DNA of 32,000 bases from a bacterium (lineage in GTDB: Bacteria > Chloroflexota > Anaerolineae > Aggregatilineales > Phototrophicaceae): the NCBI GenBank assembly GCA_033762735.1, contig JANRLJ010000084.1, forward strand, positions 61,158 to 93,157. Reading direction: 5' to 3'. The translations under genes were made by a program, and so were the position numbers. Position 1 is the first letter of the stretch. Each line of letters begins with the position of its first letter. Shown here in pieces: positions 1-10,063 of this stretch. Below the pieces are notes generated by a model, which saw only the letters and a list, made by a program, of their open reading frames with translations, made no database searches and was not told where the DNA came from.

Positions 1-744
1 GACGCGGCTCTCGCCGTCTTCCAGCGCCTGCATCGCCAGGATATGGGCTGACGCTAAATCCATCACATGCACATAATCACGGATAGCCGTGCCGTCGGGC
101 GTGTCGTAATCGTTCCCATAGACCAGCACCCTTTCCCGCTGGCCGAGCGCCACTTGCAGCACAATCGGGACGAGGTGCGTTTCGGGGTCGTGCGCCTCGC
201 CGATATGCCCGTTGGGGTGCGCACCGCTGGCGTTGAAATAGCGCAGGCAGCAGTATTTCAGCCCGTAGATGCGATCCATCCAGGCCAGCAGGCGTTCCCC
301 GGCGTATTTCGTCTCGCCGTAGATGCTGCCGGGGATGAGGGGTTCGTCCTCGCGGATGGGGATGCGTTCGGGCTTGTCGTAGAGGTTGGCGGTGGAGGAC
401 AGGATAAAGCGCTGGATTCCGTTCCCAGTGACGTGTTCCAGCAGGTTAATCATGCCGGTGATGTTGTCGCGCAGGTACTTGAACGGCTTCTGCATACTCT
501 CGCCCACCTGAATGTGTGAGGCGAAGTGCATCACGCCGTCGAACCCGGTGTGCTGCGCGAACAAGGCGGCCAGTTCGTCCTGGTTCATCAGGTCGCCCTG
601 CACGAAGACCGCATCCTTATGCACGGCTTCCCGGTGTCCTGCCACCAGATTGTCATACACCACGACCTGATGCCCCTGGTGAATCAGCAGTTCAACCACA
701 TGGCTGCCGATGTAGCCCGCGCCCCCTGTGACCAGAATTTTCAT
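1..744 (-). CDS. galE: UDP-glucose 4-epimerase / extended SDR NAD-dependent epimerase (C-terminus cut by the window edge)
   Basis: Absent from the ORF track because the frame runs off the left edge. My reverse-complement translation from ATG 744..742 gives [20 protein letters not shown] (Rossmann GxxGxxG), later [11 protein letters not shown] (YxxxK) and [15 protein letters not shown]. These are typical GalE motifs. Confidence 0.85.
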   Translation of the reverse strand, partial: MKILVTGGAGYIGSHVVELLIHQGHQVVVYDNLVAGHREAVHKDAVFVQGDLMNQDELAALFAQHTGFDGVMHFASHIQVGESMQKPFKYLRDNITGMINLLEHVTGNGIQRFILSSTANLYDKPERIPIREDEPLIPGSIYGETKYAGERLLAWMDRIYGLKYCCLRYFNASGAHPNGHIGEAHDPETHLVPIVLQVALGQRERVLVYGNDYDTPDGTAIRDYVHVMDLASAHILAMQALEDGESRV

Positions 745-925
745 ACCGTTTCCCTTTTGTGCGACGGATATACCGCGAATTATACACGGCAGCGTTGTGG
801 AAAGATCAGCGGTGACTCGCAAGCAGCGTAGGCTGAGCGTGGGAAATTCGGCGGAAACGCAGCGGGCAGCGGTGTTACAATCGGTTCAACTGATTTTCAC
901 ACCATTCAACAGAAGGAGATGTCCT

Positions 926-2614
926 ATGCTGCGTCGATTATGGATTGTCGTGCTGCTGTTCGTCCTGGTGACGGTCGCGGCGGCTCAGGGTGCGCCCGAC
1001 CAGATCAATCTGGCGCTGGCCGATCTTAGCACCCGGCTCGGTTTTCCCGTTACGCTGGAGATTCTCGATAACTGGAACTGGTCACAGGACGATTATCCCG
1101 ACACCAGCCTCGGCTGTCCCCAGGCCGGGCAGGCTTATAACCCGCTCATCACCGTCGGCTATCGCTTCGAGCTGACTTACGGCGGCAGCATTTATGACTA
1201 TCGCGTGGCCGCTGATCGCAGTATTGTCCTCCTGTGCAGTGTGACGCCGCTGGGCGAAACCACACCCGAAGCCACGACCCCTCTCGAAGAGGCGGTCAGC
1301 AATCCGCTGTGTCCGGTGCCGCCCGCTGGCATTGTCTATCCCGTGACTCGTCTGACCGTCGAAATTCAGGGGCGCGTGGTGCCCGGTTTGCCCAATAACG
1401 TCCGCGCCGAACCGAACACGAGCGCGGCACTGGTAGGGGAAATTCCCGGCGGCGGTGTGTTCACCGTCGTGGCAGGGCCTCAGTGCGACGCGACCGGGCT
1501 GGTGTGGTGGCAGGTCGATTTTGATGGGCTGATCGGCTGGACGGCGGAAGGCGCGAATGGGCAGTACTTCATCGAACCTGCTCCTGGTGCGCTGCTGCCC
1601 ACTGACCGCGCCGTGATTGCCCTTGAAAACGCCGCACAGTTGAACGAACTCTCGCGTTTGCAGGGCAATTTTGCGCCTGCGCTGGCCTGGGTGCAGGAAG
1701 CCGCCCCTGATGGCACAACGCCCACGCCTGCACAGTTGATTGCGCTGGGCGACCTCGGCGCAAACGGCGCATGGATTTATGACACAGCGGCACTCGAACA
1801 GGCTCCCCGCATCCTTGACACAGAAACGCGCCTGACCCAAATCGCGGTTGGGCCAGATGCCATCCTGCCTCTGTTTGGCGCGAATGACGGCACGATTCGC
1901 CTTTGGGACATCCGCACCACTGCGCCGCTGCTGGAACGCGCCCAGCTTCAAAGCCAGGCTGATCCGGTGACAGCGGTGGCTTTTAGCGCGGATGGGACGA
2001 CGCTGGCCGCCGCTGGTGGTCGCGCCATTTTGCAGCAGGACGTGCCGGAAAATCAGTACGCGATTGCGACCTGGGATGTGGAAACCGTGTCGCTGCGTCC
2101 GGTCGCGCTGCGCGGGCACACCAACGAGGTCATGGTGCTGGCGTTCGGCATCGATAATACGACGCTCTATTCCGCCAGCCTGGACGGAACCGTTCGCACA
2201 TGGAATGTACAGACGGGGGAATCGACGGTGCTGTATGACGGCGGCGTTTCCATCAATGACATAGCCTTGAGCGCAGATGGTGCGCAGATTGCACTGGCGA
2301 CGGTCGGGCAGGTCGTGCTGCTGAATGCGACCAGTGGTGAAGCGCTGGCGACGATTGCGACTCCGGCAGCTGCCAACAGCGTGAGCTTTAGTCCGGAGGG
2401 AACGCTGCTTGCAGTGGCAGGTGCGGATGGCCTTGTGTCGGTGCTTGATGCCGCTGCAATGGCCGAAGGCAGCGACCAACCGCTGATTACCACCCTGAGC
2501 GGGCACGACGGTGCGGTTGAAGCGGTGGCCTTCAGCCCGGATGGGTCATTAATCGCGACGCTGGGCGAGGATAACACCCTCCGTCTGTGGGGCGTGGTGG
2601 AAAGCGTGGGCTAA
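926..2614 (+). CDS. Secreted protein with an SH3b-like domain followed by WD40 repeats
   Basis: Track ORF is 728..2614. I prefer ATG 926, preceded by aaggaga, which gives the signal-like N-terminus MLRRLWIVVLLFVLVTVAAAQG. SH3b-like segment: NVRAEPNTSAALVGEI...GPQCDATGLVWWQVDFDGLIGWTAEG. WD40-type repeats: GHTNEVMVLAF...DGTVRTWNV and GHDGAVEAVAFSPDGSLIATLGEDNTLRLWGV. Confidence 0.8.
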   Translation: MLRRLWIVVLLFVLVTVAAAQGAPDQINLALADLSTRLGFPVTLEILDNWNWSQDDYPDTSLGCPQAGQAYNPLITVGYRFELTYGGSIYDYRVAADRSIVLLCSVTPLGETTPEATTPLEEAVSNPLCPVPPAGIVYPVTRLTVEIQGRVVPGLPNNVRAEPNTSAALVGEIPGGGVFTVVAGPQCDATGLVWWQVDFDGLIGWTAEGANGQYFIEPAPGALLPTDRAVIALENAAQLNELSRLQGNFAPALAWVQEAAPDGTTPTPAQLIALGDLGANGAWIYDTAALEQAPRILDTETRLTQIAVGPDAILPLFGANDGTIRLWDIRTTAPLLERAQLQSQADPVTAVAFSADGTTLAAAGGRAILQQDVPENQYAIATWDVETVSLRPVALRGHTNEVMVLAFGIDNTTLYSASLDGTVRTWNVQTGESTVLYDGGVSINDIALSADGAQIALATVGQVVLLNATSGEALATIATPAAANSVSFSPEGTLLAVAGADGLVSVLDAAAMAEGSDQPLITTLSGHDGAVEAVAFSPDGSLIATLGEDNTLRLWGVVESVG

Positions 2615-2638
2615 GCGCTTTCTCCATTTTCATCATCA

Positions 2639-2683
2639 GAGGGGCGAAGCGTTCACAGCAGTTCGCCCCTCTTTTGTTGTTTC
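2639..2683 (+). terminator. Rho-independent terminator after the WD40 gene
   Basis: 10-bp stem gaggggcgaa / ttcgcccctc with a 13-nt loop, followed by ttttgttgtttc. Confidence 0.65.
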
Positions 2684-2760
2684 TTCTTTGTATCTGGCGC
2701 AGCTTTATGGTTCAATCAGGAATGGTGCAGGCGTTGGTTGATAAATCCCGGACTGATTGA

Positions 2761-3957
2761 ATGACGGCCAAATCCCCAAGCAAGCTCACCTCCGGTGATA
2801 ATCCGATGGAGGACAACCTCGTTCACAGGCTGCTGGTCATCTCTGAACGGATGCAAAAGCTGCCGCCGCTGGTGGTCGTTCTGGAAATTACCGCGTTCGC
2901 CCTGATGCTTTATGGGCTGTTCGTGCTGAGGCGCAACACTACAGAAGGCATTGTCATCGGCATCAGTTTTGCCCTGTTCAGCCTGCTCGACTGGTTCGCG
3001 CTGTGGCGGCTACCCCGTGCTGGACTGAGCTATGGGCCAGACCGTCCTCCGGCGATGGCGCTGGCGGCGCTGCGGGCGTTTCTGCTGCTGATCGTCGGCA
3101 TTGCAGGCCTGTCGTGGTTTGTGGCGCTGCTGGTCAATATCACCCTTTCCGCTGTAGCTTTTTACGCCACCTGGATTGCCCCGTTTCGTCTGGGCGTGAC
3201 CTATCAGGAAAAGGTGACTCACGACCTCCCCTCCGGGACGAAAATCCGTGTGCTGCATATTGCCGATCTGCATGTGGAGCGGCTGACCAAACGCGAACAC
3301 CGCCTGAACGCGCAGATCACAATGCTCAAACCCGATGTAATCGTCTTCTCCGGTGATTTCGTCAATATCTCCTACAAGGACGATCCCTATGCCGAGGCCG
3401 CGATCCGCAACCTGATCGGCGCGTGGAGTGCTCCTCTGGGAGTCTATTGTGTACCGGGGACGTACACGGTCGAACCGCTGGAACGGGTACAGGCCTTTGT
3501 GCGGGGACTGGACAATATCCGCCTGCTGCTGGATGAGTGGGTGCGGTTGCCTCTCACGGGCGCGGGCGAGTTCTGGCTGCTGGGGATGGTCACGACCCAT
3601 TATCTGGACGTTGACCGGGAAAAGCCCTATGCCCTGATCCGCGACCTTCCCGCCGAGGGCCGTGATGGATTCCGCCTGATGCTCACCCATTCCCCCGATG
3701 TTGCGCCAGAAGCCGATAGCGCCGGGTATGACCTGTACCTGTGCGGGCATACACACGGCGGTCAACTGCGTCTGCCGTTCATCGGCCCGCTGCTGACCGG
3801 GAGCCACGTGGGGCGGCGCTTTGTTATGGGGCGTTACGACCTGCAAAATCTGACGCTCTACACCTCGCGTGGGGTGGGTATGGAGGGCTGGGGAGCGCCA
3901 CGCGCACGGTTCCTCTGCCCGCCGGAAGTGATCCTGTGGGAAATCAAAGGTGTGTAA
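2761..3957 (+). CDS. Membrane-anchored calcineurin-like metallophosphoesterase (YkuE/YaeI-like)
   Basis: Several N-terminal hydrophobic helices, then metallophosphoesterase motifs VLHIADLHVE, FSGDFVN and CGHTHGGQ. Confidence 0.8.
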   Translation: MTAKSPSKLTSGDNPMEDNLVHRLLVISERMQKLPPLVVVLEITAFALMLYGLFVLRRNTTEGIVIGISFALFSLLDWFALWRLPRAGLSYGPDRPPAMALAALRAFLLLIVGIAGLSWFVALLVNITLSAVAFYATWIAPFRLGVTYQEKVTHDLPSGTKIRVLHIADLHVERLTKREHRLNAQITMLKPDVIVFSGDFVNISYKDDPYAEAAIRNLIGAWSAPLGVYCVPGTYTVEPLERVQAFVRGLDNIRLLLDEWVRLPLTGAGEFWLLGMVTTHYLDVDREKPYALIRDLPAEGRDGFRLMLTHSPDVAPEADSAGYDLYLCGHTHGGQLRLPFIGPLLTGSHVGRRFVMGRYDLQNLTLYTSRGVGMEGWGAPRARFLCPPEVILWEIKGV

Positions 3958-4012
3958 GGCGCATCCGGTCAAAACGGGGTAGACTCTTATCCAGCACAGG
4001 AAAGGGACTTTC

Positions 4013-4540
4013 ATGCGTCGTTGGGTTTTGGTCGTCGTGGCACTGCTGATGATGGCAGGGATAGGCGCATGTGATCTGCGCCCACCGCCGCCCACACGAA
4101 CCCGCCTGATCGTCAATACCCTGCCGCCTTCTCTCACACCAGAACGCACCGCGACTGCCGTCGCCCAAATCAGCTCCATTCCCAGAAGAACACCTTCACG
4201 CACTCCTGTTCCTCCTGCCACACGAACACGCGCCGTCACCCAATCAGTGCGTCCACAGCCGACTCCGGTCTGCAACGATGCCCCGCCCACCCGTCTGATC
4301 CTGGGTGAACGCGGTCGGGTGCTGGCAGAAGACCCACGTCCACTGAATGTCCGTTCCGGCCCGGGGACGGATTACCGTATTTTCGGACGGCTGGAGGTGA
4401 TGGAAGTGTTCGTCGTCGTGGATGGGCCGATGTGCGGCGACGGCTATGCCTGGTTCAAAATTCAGCGCGGCATCTTAGAGGGATGGATTGCTGAAGGCGA
4501 CCTGGGGATTTATTACGTAGAACCCTTCCTGCCGGGTTGA
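4013..4540 (+). CDS. Putative lipoprotein with a Pro/Thr-rich linker and a C-terminal SH3b-like domain
   Basis: N-terminus MRRWVLVVVALLMMAGIGAC is lipobox-like. C-terminus LNVRSGPGTDYRIFGRLEV...GPMCGDGYAWFKIQRGILEGWIAEGDLGIYYVEP matches the SH3_3 pattern. Confidence 0.7.
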   Translation: MRRWVLVVVALLMMAGIGACDLRPPPPTRTRLIVNTLPPSLTPERTATAVAQISSIPRRTPSRTPVPPATRTRAVTQSVRPQPTPVCNDAPPTRLILGERGRVLAEDPRPLNVRSGPGTDYRIFGRLEVMEVFVVVDGPMCGDGYAWFKIQRGILEGWIAEGDLGIYYVEPFLPG

Positions 4541-4576
4541 CGCAAGGGGAGAATTTCAGTAGACTACAAACAATGA

Positions 4577-4658
4577 GGGGCAGTGGCGCAACCGGCTGAC
4601 GCGGCCGACTTAAAATCGGCTTCCTTCGGGAATGTGGGTTCGAATCCCACCTGCCTCA
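4577..4658 (+). tRNA. tRNA-Leu (anticodon TAA), type II with a long variable arm; no encoded CCA
   Basis: Folded by hand. Acceptor stem is ggggcag / ctgcctc (one G-U). Anticodon stem is gccga/tcggc with loop c-t-TAA-a-a. The variable arm is 13 nt (ttcc-ttcg-ggaa). T arm is gtggg-ttcgaat-cccac and the discriminator is a. The pieces sum to 82 nt. Confidence 0.9.
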
Positions 4659-4735
4659 CTTAATCAGACGACCGCTGTTTTGATCTCCCTGCTGCTTCCT
4701 AGCTGAACATCGCATCCAACGCGGCTGCATTGCGT

Positions 4736-7177
4736 TTACCGGGCGTTTGCAGAACGCAGCAAAATCAGTCCGCTGTACGGCGGCAGATTAATTTGTGTCC
4801 CCGGTTCTGTATTCAGACCACTCAGACTCGTTGTAAAGCCGTATGGGCGTGTCACCACGGCTGGGTTTGCAGTTGTATTCACCACAAGCTGTGCGAACTC
4901 TTCCAACCTGAGAGGCACTGCATCCACTGGCTGCACCGCAAGCGTATGGAGCCACACCTCAGGCACGTCTTCTGCCCCTTCAAATTGCAGCGTTAGCCGC
5001 TGCTCTCCTTCTGTAACCAGTGCCGTCAGGTAGCCCGTGTAAATGCCTTGCTGAACAGATAACCAAAACCGCACAGGCTCGGTTGTCGTTTCCCAGGGGT
5101 CGTTGATCTGCTGGAGGTAAACCATCACAGGGATGCTTCTGCTGGCCTGAGCGTGGAACGAAACGCGCAATATCTGCCCCTCGGTTGTTTCCCCAGCATC
5201 GGTATAGATCAGGGCGGATGCAGTGGTATCCGGCAACCGAGCGCGAAGGGTGCCACCGTTCTGCACATCCCATGCAACCTCGAGGGGCTGTTCCGACCAC
5301 CAACCCCAATCTTCAATCCCTTCATTCACGATGCGGTTGGCTCCGGGCTGGCCCACCTCGACATAGGGTAAAAGACGAATACCGCAGTCCTCGCTGTTGG
5401 CATCATGACCATACGCCGTCTGCCATTGGTCGAGTGTCAGTTGCAGATCGGTATCCTCAGGTTGATACCCCAGCATCACCGGGCGGTCGCGCAGGGGATT
5501 GCAGTAACGATTGTCCTCAAGCGCCCCCAGGCGGCTGAACCATTCCACACCGGCAAGACTTGTCGCCACATGCAAGGGCGGCGCAATCGGGCTAAAGTTC
5601 AAAATCTGATTACGGCGAATGACGCTGTCCGTCGAGTCAAGATCGCCTAAGGCATCATCGATCACGTAAATGCCCGCTTCCCCTGCGTCAAAGATGAGAT
5701 TATCTTCGACACGAATAGAGCGAGTGTTGTGCAGCACAATGCCGTTTGCACCCACATACCCGATCACATTGCCCTGCACCTCGATGTTGAAGGAGTCATC
5801 GTCCAGATAAATGCCGTTTACCGCTGGCGTCCCCCAGGGAATAGCGGCAGTACTTCCCAGTCCATACATCACAATATTGCCGACGATGCGGCTGTTCCCG
5901 CTGTCAAAGGTGTAAATGCCGCCACCATCGACTTTGACCAGCGCGAAATGGCGAACAATATTGTTCTGGACAACGACGCCGGAAACGCGCACCCCGTTGT
6001 AGCCGATATATTCCACAAGGTTTCGCTCAAAGCGCGAGTCCTGCCCGTTAAACTCCACCCCAAGATACTGCCCATCCCCGCCGCGTCCCATCCCCGCCAG
6101 CAATCCGATGTTGGCGATAATGCTGTCCGAAATGGTGCAGGTCAGACAGTCATGGATCATGATGCCATTGGAGAGATGGTCGAGGACGTGGCTTTCGGAA
6201 ATCGCGAGCTGAGCACAATCCGTAGCACGGAGGCCGTTTTGCGCACTATAGGCAATCTGTAGATTGATGAGTTCGATATGATCGCACTGTGCCACGTCAA
6301 CGGTGGTATCCGTGCCGCCTTCGATGGCAACATCCTGGATACGAATATGCTGTACATCCGCGATACGCAGCACACTTTCGACACTACTCGTCTGAAGTAG
6401 GCGCAGGTTCGGATCCGTCGTTAAATAGAGGGTGATCTGCTGGGTAGCTGCATCGTAGACCCATTCGCCATCCTGATCGAGCGCGGCAGGATGATTTTGC
6501 AGGAAGTACCCATGCCCCACTTCAAAATTATAACTGGTGTCATCCAGCGGTGTTCCCAGCAGGAGCGTATCGTCCGCGTGGGAAATGATCGGATAACGAT
6601 CCAGCACCCACGCGATGCTGCGAATCACCAGTTCACCACCCGTCCAGTTCGTACCATTGTTCAGTGCATCATCGCTGATGTGTGAACGTCCGCCAGCACG
6701 ATCAAAGTACAGATAGCCCTCATCCCCTTCATTCAGGTTCGGGTAACGAGCTTTGCCCTGGAGCCGTCCGTCCAGCAGCAGGATGTCCGTGTGACTGGCA
6801 CAAGATGGGCAGGTGGACTGCCATCGATTACCTCCAATATTGACCCACCCGGTCAGTGTCGTTAATCCGCTTAACACGGGTGCGTTGCCTGTGCCGTAGG
6901 CTCCCAGCACGAGGGGTTGTTCCGCGGTGCCAGATCTACTGAATGAGAGACTTCCGGGATAAGTACCGCCTCGCTCAAACAGGATTTGCCCACCCGGCGG
7001 TAATTGATCGATGATGGATTGAACCTGCTGCAAAGTACGCCAGGGTTGTTCCTGTGTTCCTGGCGCATGGTCATCTCCATTGGGTGAAACGTAATAGGCT
7101 GCCTCCTGGGCGCGGACGAGGGAGGTGCTGAGCAGCAGAGCGATTGTGAGCAGCAAACCATAACGCCAACGTTTCAT
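4736..7177 (-). CDS. Secreted right-handed parallel beta-helix repeat protein (pectate-lyase-fold / glycan-active or adhesin-like)
   Basis: Signal peptide MKRWRYGLLLTIALLLSTSLVRAQEA. There are many short repeats of the NGI/NGV-x-hydrophobic type (NGIMIHD, NGVRVSG, NGIVLHN, GGIYTFD) typical of PbH1 repeats. Confidence 0.7.
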   Translation of the reverse strand: MKRWRYGLLLTIALLLSTSLVRAQEAAYYVSPNGDDHAPGTQEQPWRTLQQVQSIIDQLPPGGQILFERGGTYPGSLSFSRSGTAEQPLVLGAYGTGNAPVLSGLTTLTGWVNIGGNRWQSTCPSCASHTDILLLDGRLQGKARYPNLNEGDEGYLYFDRAGGRSHISDDALNNGTNWTGGELVIRSIAWVLDRYPIISHADDTLLLGTPLDDTSYNFEVGHGYFLQNHPAALDQDGEWVYDAATQQITLYLTTDPNLRLLQTSSVESVLRIADVQHIRIQDVAIEGGTDTTVDVAQCDHIELINLQIAYSAQNGLRATDCAQLAISESHVLDHLSNGIMIHDCLTCTISDSIIANIGLLAGMGRGGDGQYLGVEFNGQDSRFERNLVEYIGYNGVRVSGVVVQNNIVRHFALVKVDGGGIYTFDSGNSRIVGNIVMYGLGSTAAIPWGTPAVNGIYLDDDSFNIEVQGNVIGYVGANGIVLHNTRSIRVEDNLIFDAGEAGIYVIDDALGDLDSTDSVIRRNQILNFSPIAPPLHVATSLAGVEWFSRLGALEDNRYCNPLRDRPVMLGYQPEDTDLQLTLDQWQTAYGHDANSEDCGIRLLPYVEVGQPGANRIVNEGIEDWGWWSEQPLEVAWDVQNGGTLRARLPDTTASALIYTDAGETTEGQILRVSFHAQASRSIPVMVYLQQINDPWETTTEPVRFWLSVQQGIYTGYLTALVTEGEQRLTLQFEGAEDVPEVWLHTLAVQPVDAVPLRLEEFAQLVVNTTANPAVVTRPYGFTTSLSGLNTEPGTQINLPPYSGLILLRSANAR

Positions 7178-7213
7178 CCAGAGCCTCCCCTGTCTTCGGC
7201 AGATTGCACGTTA

Positions 7214-7660
7214 TCAGCTTACGGCTTTTTTCACCAGCTCGATGATTTTTGCCTCTTCGGCGGGCGTCAGCGCGGTCAGCGCGAAGGCGGTCGGCCACAT
7301 GGTGCCGTCGTCGAGGTTGGCCGTGTCGTTAAAGCCCAGCGTCCCGTACCTTGCGCCAAACTTCGCCGCGCTCTGAAAGAAGCAGACGATTTTGCCGTCT
7401 CTGGCATAGGCGGGCATCCCGTACCAGGTTTTCGGAAAGAGGTCTGGCGCGGTGACTTTGATGATCTCGTGCAGCCGGGTGGCGATGCTGCGATCTGGTT
7501 CCGGCATCTCAGCGATCTTCTCTAAAACATCCTGTTCGCCCGCCGCCTTATCCTTCTCTGCACGTGCTTCCGCCTTCAGCTCTTTGGCACGCTCCTTCAT
7601 TGCAGCGCGTTCTTCGTCCGTAAAGCCATCCGCCTTCTGTTTGCTTTTCCTCGTAGTCAT
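7214..7660 (-). CDS. DUF1801 / YdhG-like domain protein
   Basis: Track ORF extends to 7705. I prefer ATG 7660, preceded by aaggggg. A Lys/Glu-rich N-terminus is followed by [26 protein letters not shown], a pattern I associate with DUF1801. Confidence 0.6.
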   Translation of the reverse strand: MTTRKSKQKADGFTDEERAAMKERAKELKAEARAEKDKAAGEQDVLEKIAEMPEPDRSIATRLHEIIKVTAPDLFPKTWYGMPAYARDGKIVCFFQSAAKFGARYGTLGFNDTANLDDGTMWPTAFALTALTPAEEAKIIELVKKAVS

Positions 7661-8032
7661 GAAAACCCCCTTAATCTTCGCTCGTGCAGTTGACAGGCAC
7701 TTCAACGCTGCGTTGTCGGGCGCAGGAACGTCACGCTTTCATTCTGAGCGATGACGTGAATCCTTGCAACCGAACTACTGATGATTCAGCTTTGTTTTTT
7801 CGTTAAAGTTATGCTCAATCATAAAACATTTGTCCTGAATCGGCTTCTCGAAAATTGCTCTGTTTCAACTGGCGACAAGCGCTATCGGCTGAAATTGAGC
7901 ATTGCTGAATCGATGTGTTCCAGAATGAGGCGTTGAGAAAACCGCGTTTGGTGAATTCCGGGAAGCTGTGTTAGGCTGTAGTTGGAATATTTCGTTCAAA
8001 CGGGCAACACCCAGACAAAACTCCTAAATCAA

Positions 8033-8875
8033 ATGACCATCACATCGCAGTCCTTCATCAATCAGGGTGAGCGCCTTCATTACCGCACTGCGGGCGACTC
8101 TCAGAATCCGCCCCTGGTGATGGTGCATGGCTGGACATCCTATTCCGGCTACTGGTGGCCGATCTTCGAGGCATTGGCGGATACCCATTACTGCATCGCC
8201 ATTGATCTGCTGGGGCACGGCAGCAGTGACAAACCCCGCGACGGCAATTACAGCATCACCACCAACACACGCCGGGTCCTCGCGCTGGCGGATCATCTGG
8301 GTCTGGACACGTTTACCTTCATCGGACATTCGATGGGCGGGCAGATTGGCTACAACATCGCCCTGCTGCACCCCGAACGGCTGGAACGGCTGATTACCAT
8401 TTCGGGCGTCGCCAGCGGCAGATTGTCGCGCTACATCCGCTGGGTGCATCTGCCCGTGTTTTATGTCGGGGCGATGCTGCCGTCAATCTACGAATTCAGC
8501 CGCCTCGCTGTACGGCGTAACTGGCGCTGGTACATGAACATCTTCGATCCGCCCATTGTGTACGACCCTTCCGCCTATCCGGTGGCTTCGATGGATCACC
8601 AGATGGCGCTTGTGCCGGGCGGCGAGATGGCCTTCTATCGTGAACTGGTGGAAATCCCTCGTCACGATTTAAGCGACCGCCTGCACGAAATTACCACGCC
8701 AACGCTCGTCATCTTCGGGCGACAGGACGGCACTGTTCCGCTGATGGATGCTTACCTAGCGGGCGGCTGCATCCCCAACGCTGAACTGGTGCTGATCGAC
8801 CGCTGCGGTCACAGTCCACTCACCGAACAACCCACGCAGGTGGTGGAAGCCGTGCGGCGCTTTCTGTACAGGTAA
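8033..8875 (+). CDS. Alpha/beta-fold hydrolase
   Basis: Oxyanion motif HGWTSY and nucleophile elbow GHSMGG, with late D and H (GRQDG, CGHSP). The track start at 7982 is TTG; ATG 8033 (MTITSQSF) is more plausible. Confidence 0.85.
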   Translation: MTITSQSFINQGERLHYRTAGDSQNPPLVMVHGWTSYSGYWWPIFEALADTHYCIAIDLLGHGSSDKPRDGNYSITTNTRRVLALADHLGLDTFTFIGHSMGGQIGYNIALLHPERLERLITISGVASGRLSRYIRWVHLPVFYVGAMLPSIYEFSRLAVRRNWRWYMNIFDPPIVYDPSAYPVASMDHQMALVPGGEMAFYRELVEIPRHDLSDRLHEITTPTLVIFGRQDGTVPLMDAYLAGGCIPNAELVLIDRCGHSPLTEQPTQVVEAVRRFLYR

Positions 8876-8881
8876 ACCAAA

Positions 8882-8901
8882 AGACACGGCTGACCGTGTC
8901 T
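8882..8901. terminator. Hairpin between convergent genes; possible terminator of the arl operon
   Basis: agacacgg-ctga-ccgtgtct: 8-bp perfect stem with a 4-nt loop. On the minus strand it is followed by tttggttt. There is no strong U tract on the plus strand. Confidence 0.4.
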
Positions 8902-8929
8902 CTGCACAAACGGCATTATCTGATAAACG

Positions 8930-10063
8930 TTACCCGGCACACTCCGGGTTATCCAGCGGACAGAGCCAGGGGTCTTCGGTCGTCCCCTCACCCACCCAAC
9001 CGCGCTTGCCTTCCCGATCTACATACCAGTGCCAGATATTGTACTCGCTCCACGTCCCGCAAACCGGCCCGGCCAGAATTTGCACCAGTTGACCATCGTA
9101 GACCTGCACCTGTGTATAGGCCGCGCCACCGTCGATTCGATCCATCAGCCGCAGCGCCCCCTCACCGTTAAAATCCACCACGACCCAGTCCCCGACCGCA
9201 AAGCGAATCGGGGGAGCGCCTTCACAGCTTAAAGCAGGGGGCGTCGGGCTGGGGATAACGTCAGGCGCAGCGACAGCCCCATCCACTTCTGCACCCGCCG
9301 CAGAGGGAATCGACTGATCGACGGTCACAGCAGGCGCCGTCATTACCGGAAAGGTAGCGGTCGGCGTGGGAAGTTCAACCCATCCGACGGCTGTCGTTGC
9401 TTCCGGTATGGACAGCGCAGGTGCGGCAGCGACCACGACCGACACAGGTGTCAGCGTCGCCAGCGGTACAGTATCGACCAGGGCTTCACCATTGGCTAAC
9501 GGCGACACGTAAGCGCGGATATCCATCGTCAGCGTATCCCCGTCCTGCCCCTCTCCCAGATTCAGCGTGTCGATCATCACACCCGGCACGGTCGCCTCGC
9601 GGATCTGAACCACGAAGCGCATCAGATCAGCCGCGTCACCGTTCACCTGTAAACGGAACAACCGCGTCTCATAAGGCAGCGTCTCGCTGGTCTGGACGCT
9701 CTGCTGCGTTTGCAGATTGGCAATCATGACGTGGTTGGCCTCGGCATAGGCATACAGCCGATCAAACAGGTCATCGACCTGATCGCTGGTCAAAAAGCTG
9801 CTGGCAGCCTGTGCCAGTTCGGTGCTGGCATTGTCAATACGTGCCGCGTACAGGGTGAGGTCGTCCTCATTCGCCGCCTCGGTATTGGTCGCGTTAAGCT
9901 GTGCCTGCTGTGACTCGCGCATCTGTGTCAGGCGGTCATAAGCCATCCAGTTCGGCAGGACAGAAGCCGCGCAAAACAGCGCATTCCCCACCACCAGCAT
10001 CAACACCAGCAGCAGCGGCAGCCGCCCCCGCCAGCGGGCAATCAGATCACTGACAGCGTTCAT
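8930..10063 (-). CDS. PilO-like type IV pilus assembly protein with a long Pro/Ala/Thr/Val linker and a C-terminal Cys-containing SH3b-like domain
   Basis: N-terminal TM (LPLLLVLMLVVGNALFCAA), then a coiled coil. PilO-type core: LPYETRLFRLQVNGDAADLMRFVVQIREATVPGVMIDTLNL...LTMDIRAYV. C-terminal domain: GPVCGTWSEYNIWHWYVDREGKRGWVGEG. Its ATG overlaps the stop of the upstream gene (ATGA). Confidence 0.6.
   Translation of the reverse strand: MNAVSDLIARWRGRLPLLLVLMLVVGNALFCAASVLPNWMAYDRLTQMRESQQAQLNATNTEAANEDDLTLYAARIDNASTELAQAASSFLTSDQVDDLFDRLYAYAEANHVMIANLQTQQSVQTSETLPYETRLFRLQVNGDAADLMRFVVQIREATVPGVMIDTLNLGEGQDGDTLTMDIRAYVSPLANGEALVDTVPLATLTPVSVVVAAAPALSIPEATTAVGWVELPTPTATFPVMTAPAVTVDQSIPSAAGAEVDGAVAAPDVIPSPTPPALSCEGAPPIRFAVGDWVVVDFNGEGALRLMDRIDGGAAYTQVQVYDGQLVQILAGPVCGTWSEYNIWHWYVDREGKRGWVGEGTTEDPWLCPLDNPECAG

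Noticed and set aside
728-925. Upstream extensions of several track ORFs: 728 for the WD40 protein, 7705 for DUF1801, 19066 for arlB, 17483 for the small ArlF/G protein and 30173 for DUF4258.
   Set aside because: Internal ATGs with SD-like sequences give sensible N-termini (a signal peptide, a class III leader, a TM helix). They also remove overlaps with neighbouring genes or the GalE start.
1082-2506. Long antisense or off-frame ORFs in the track. Examples: 1082-2506 (-), 3010-4290 (-), 13787-15073 (+), 15408-17207 (+), 23117-25021 (+), 26247-27383 (-), 30637-31323 (+).
   Set aside because: Each lies opposite or out of frame to a gene with clear family motifs. Their translations are Arg/Gly/His/Pro/Gln-rich with no recognisable motifs, which is the usual artefact of open antisense frames in GC-rich DNA.
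4577-4735. tRNA-Leu as an integration hotspot with an adjacent island.
   Set aside because: I found no duplicated 3' tRNA segment and no compositional shift next to it. The neighbouring beta-helix gene has host-like G+C.
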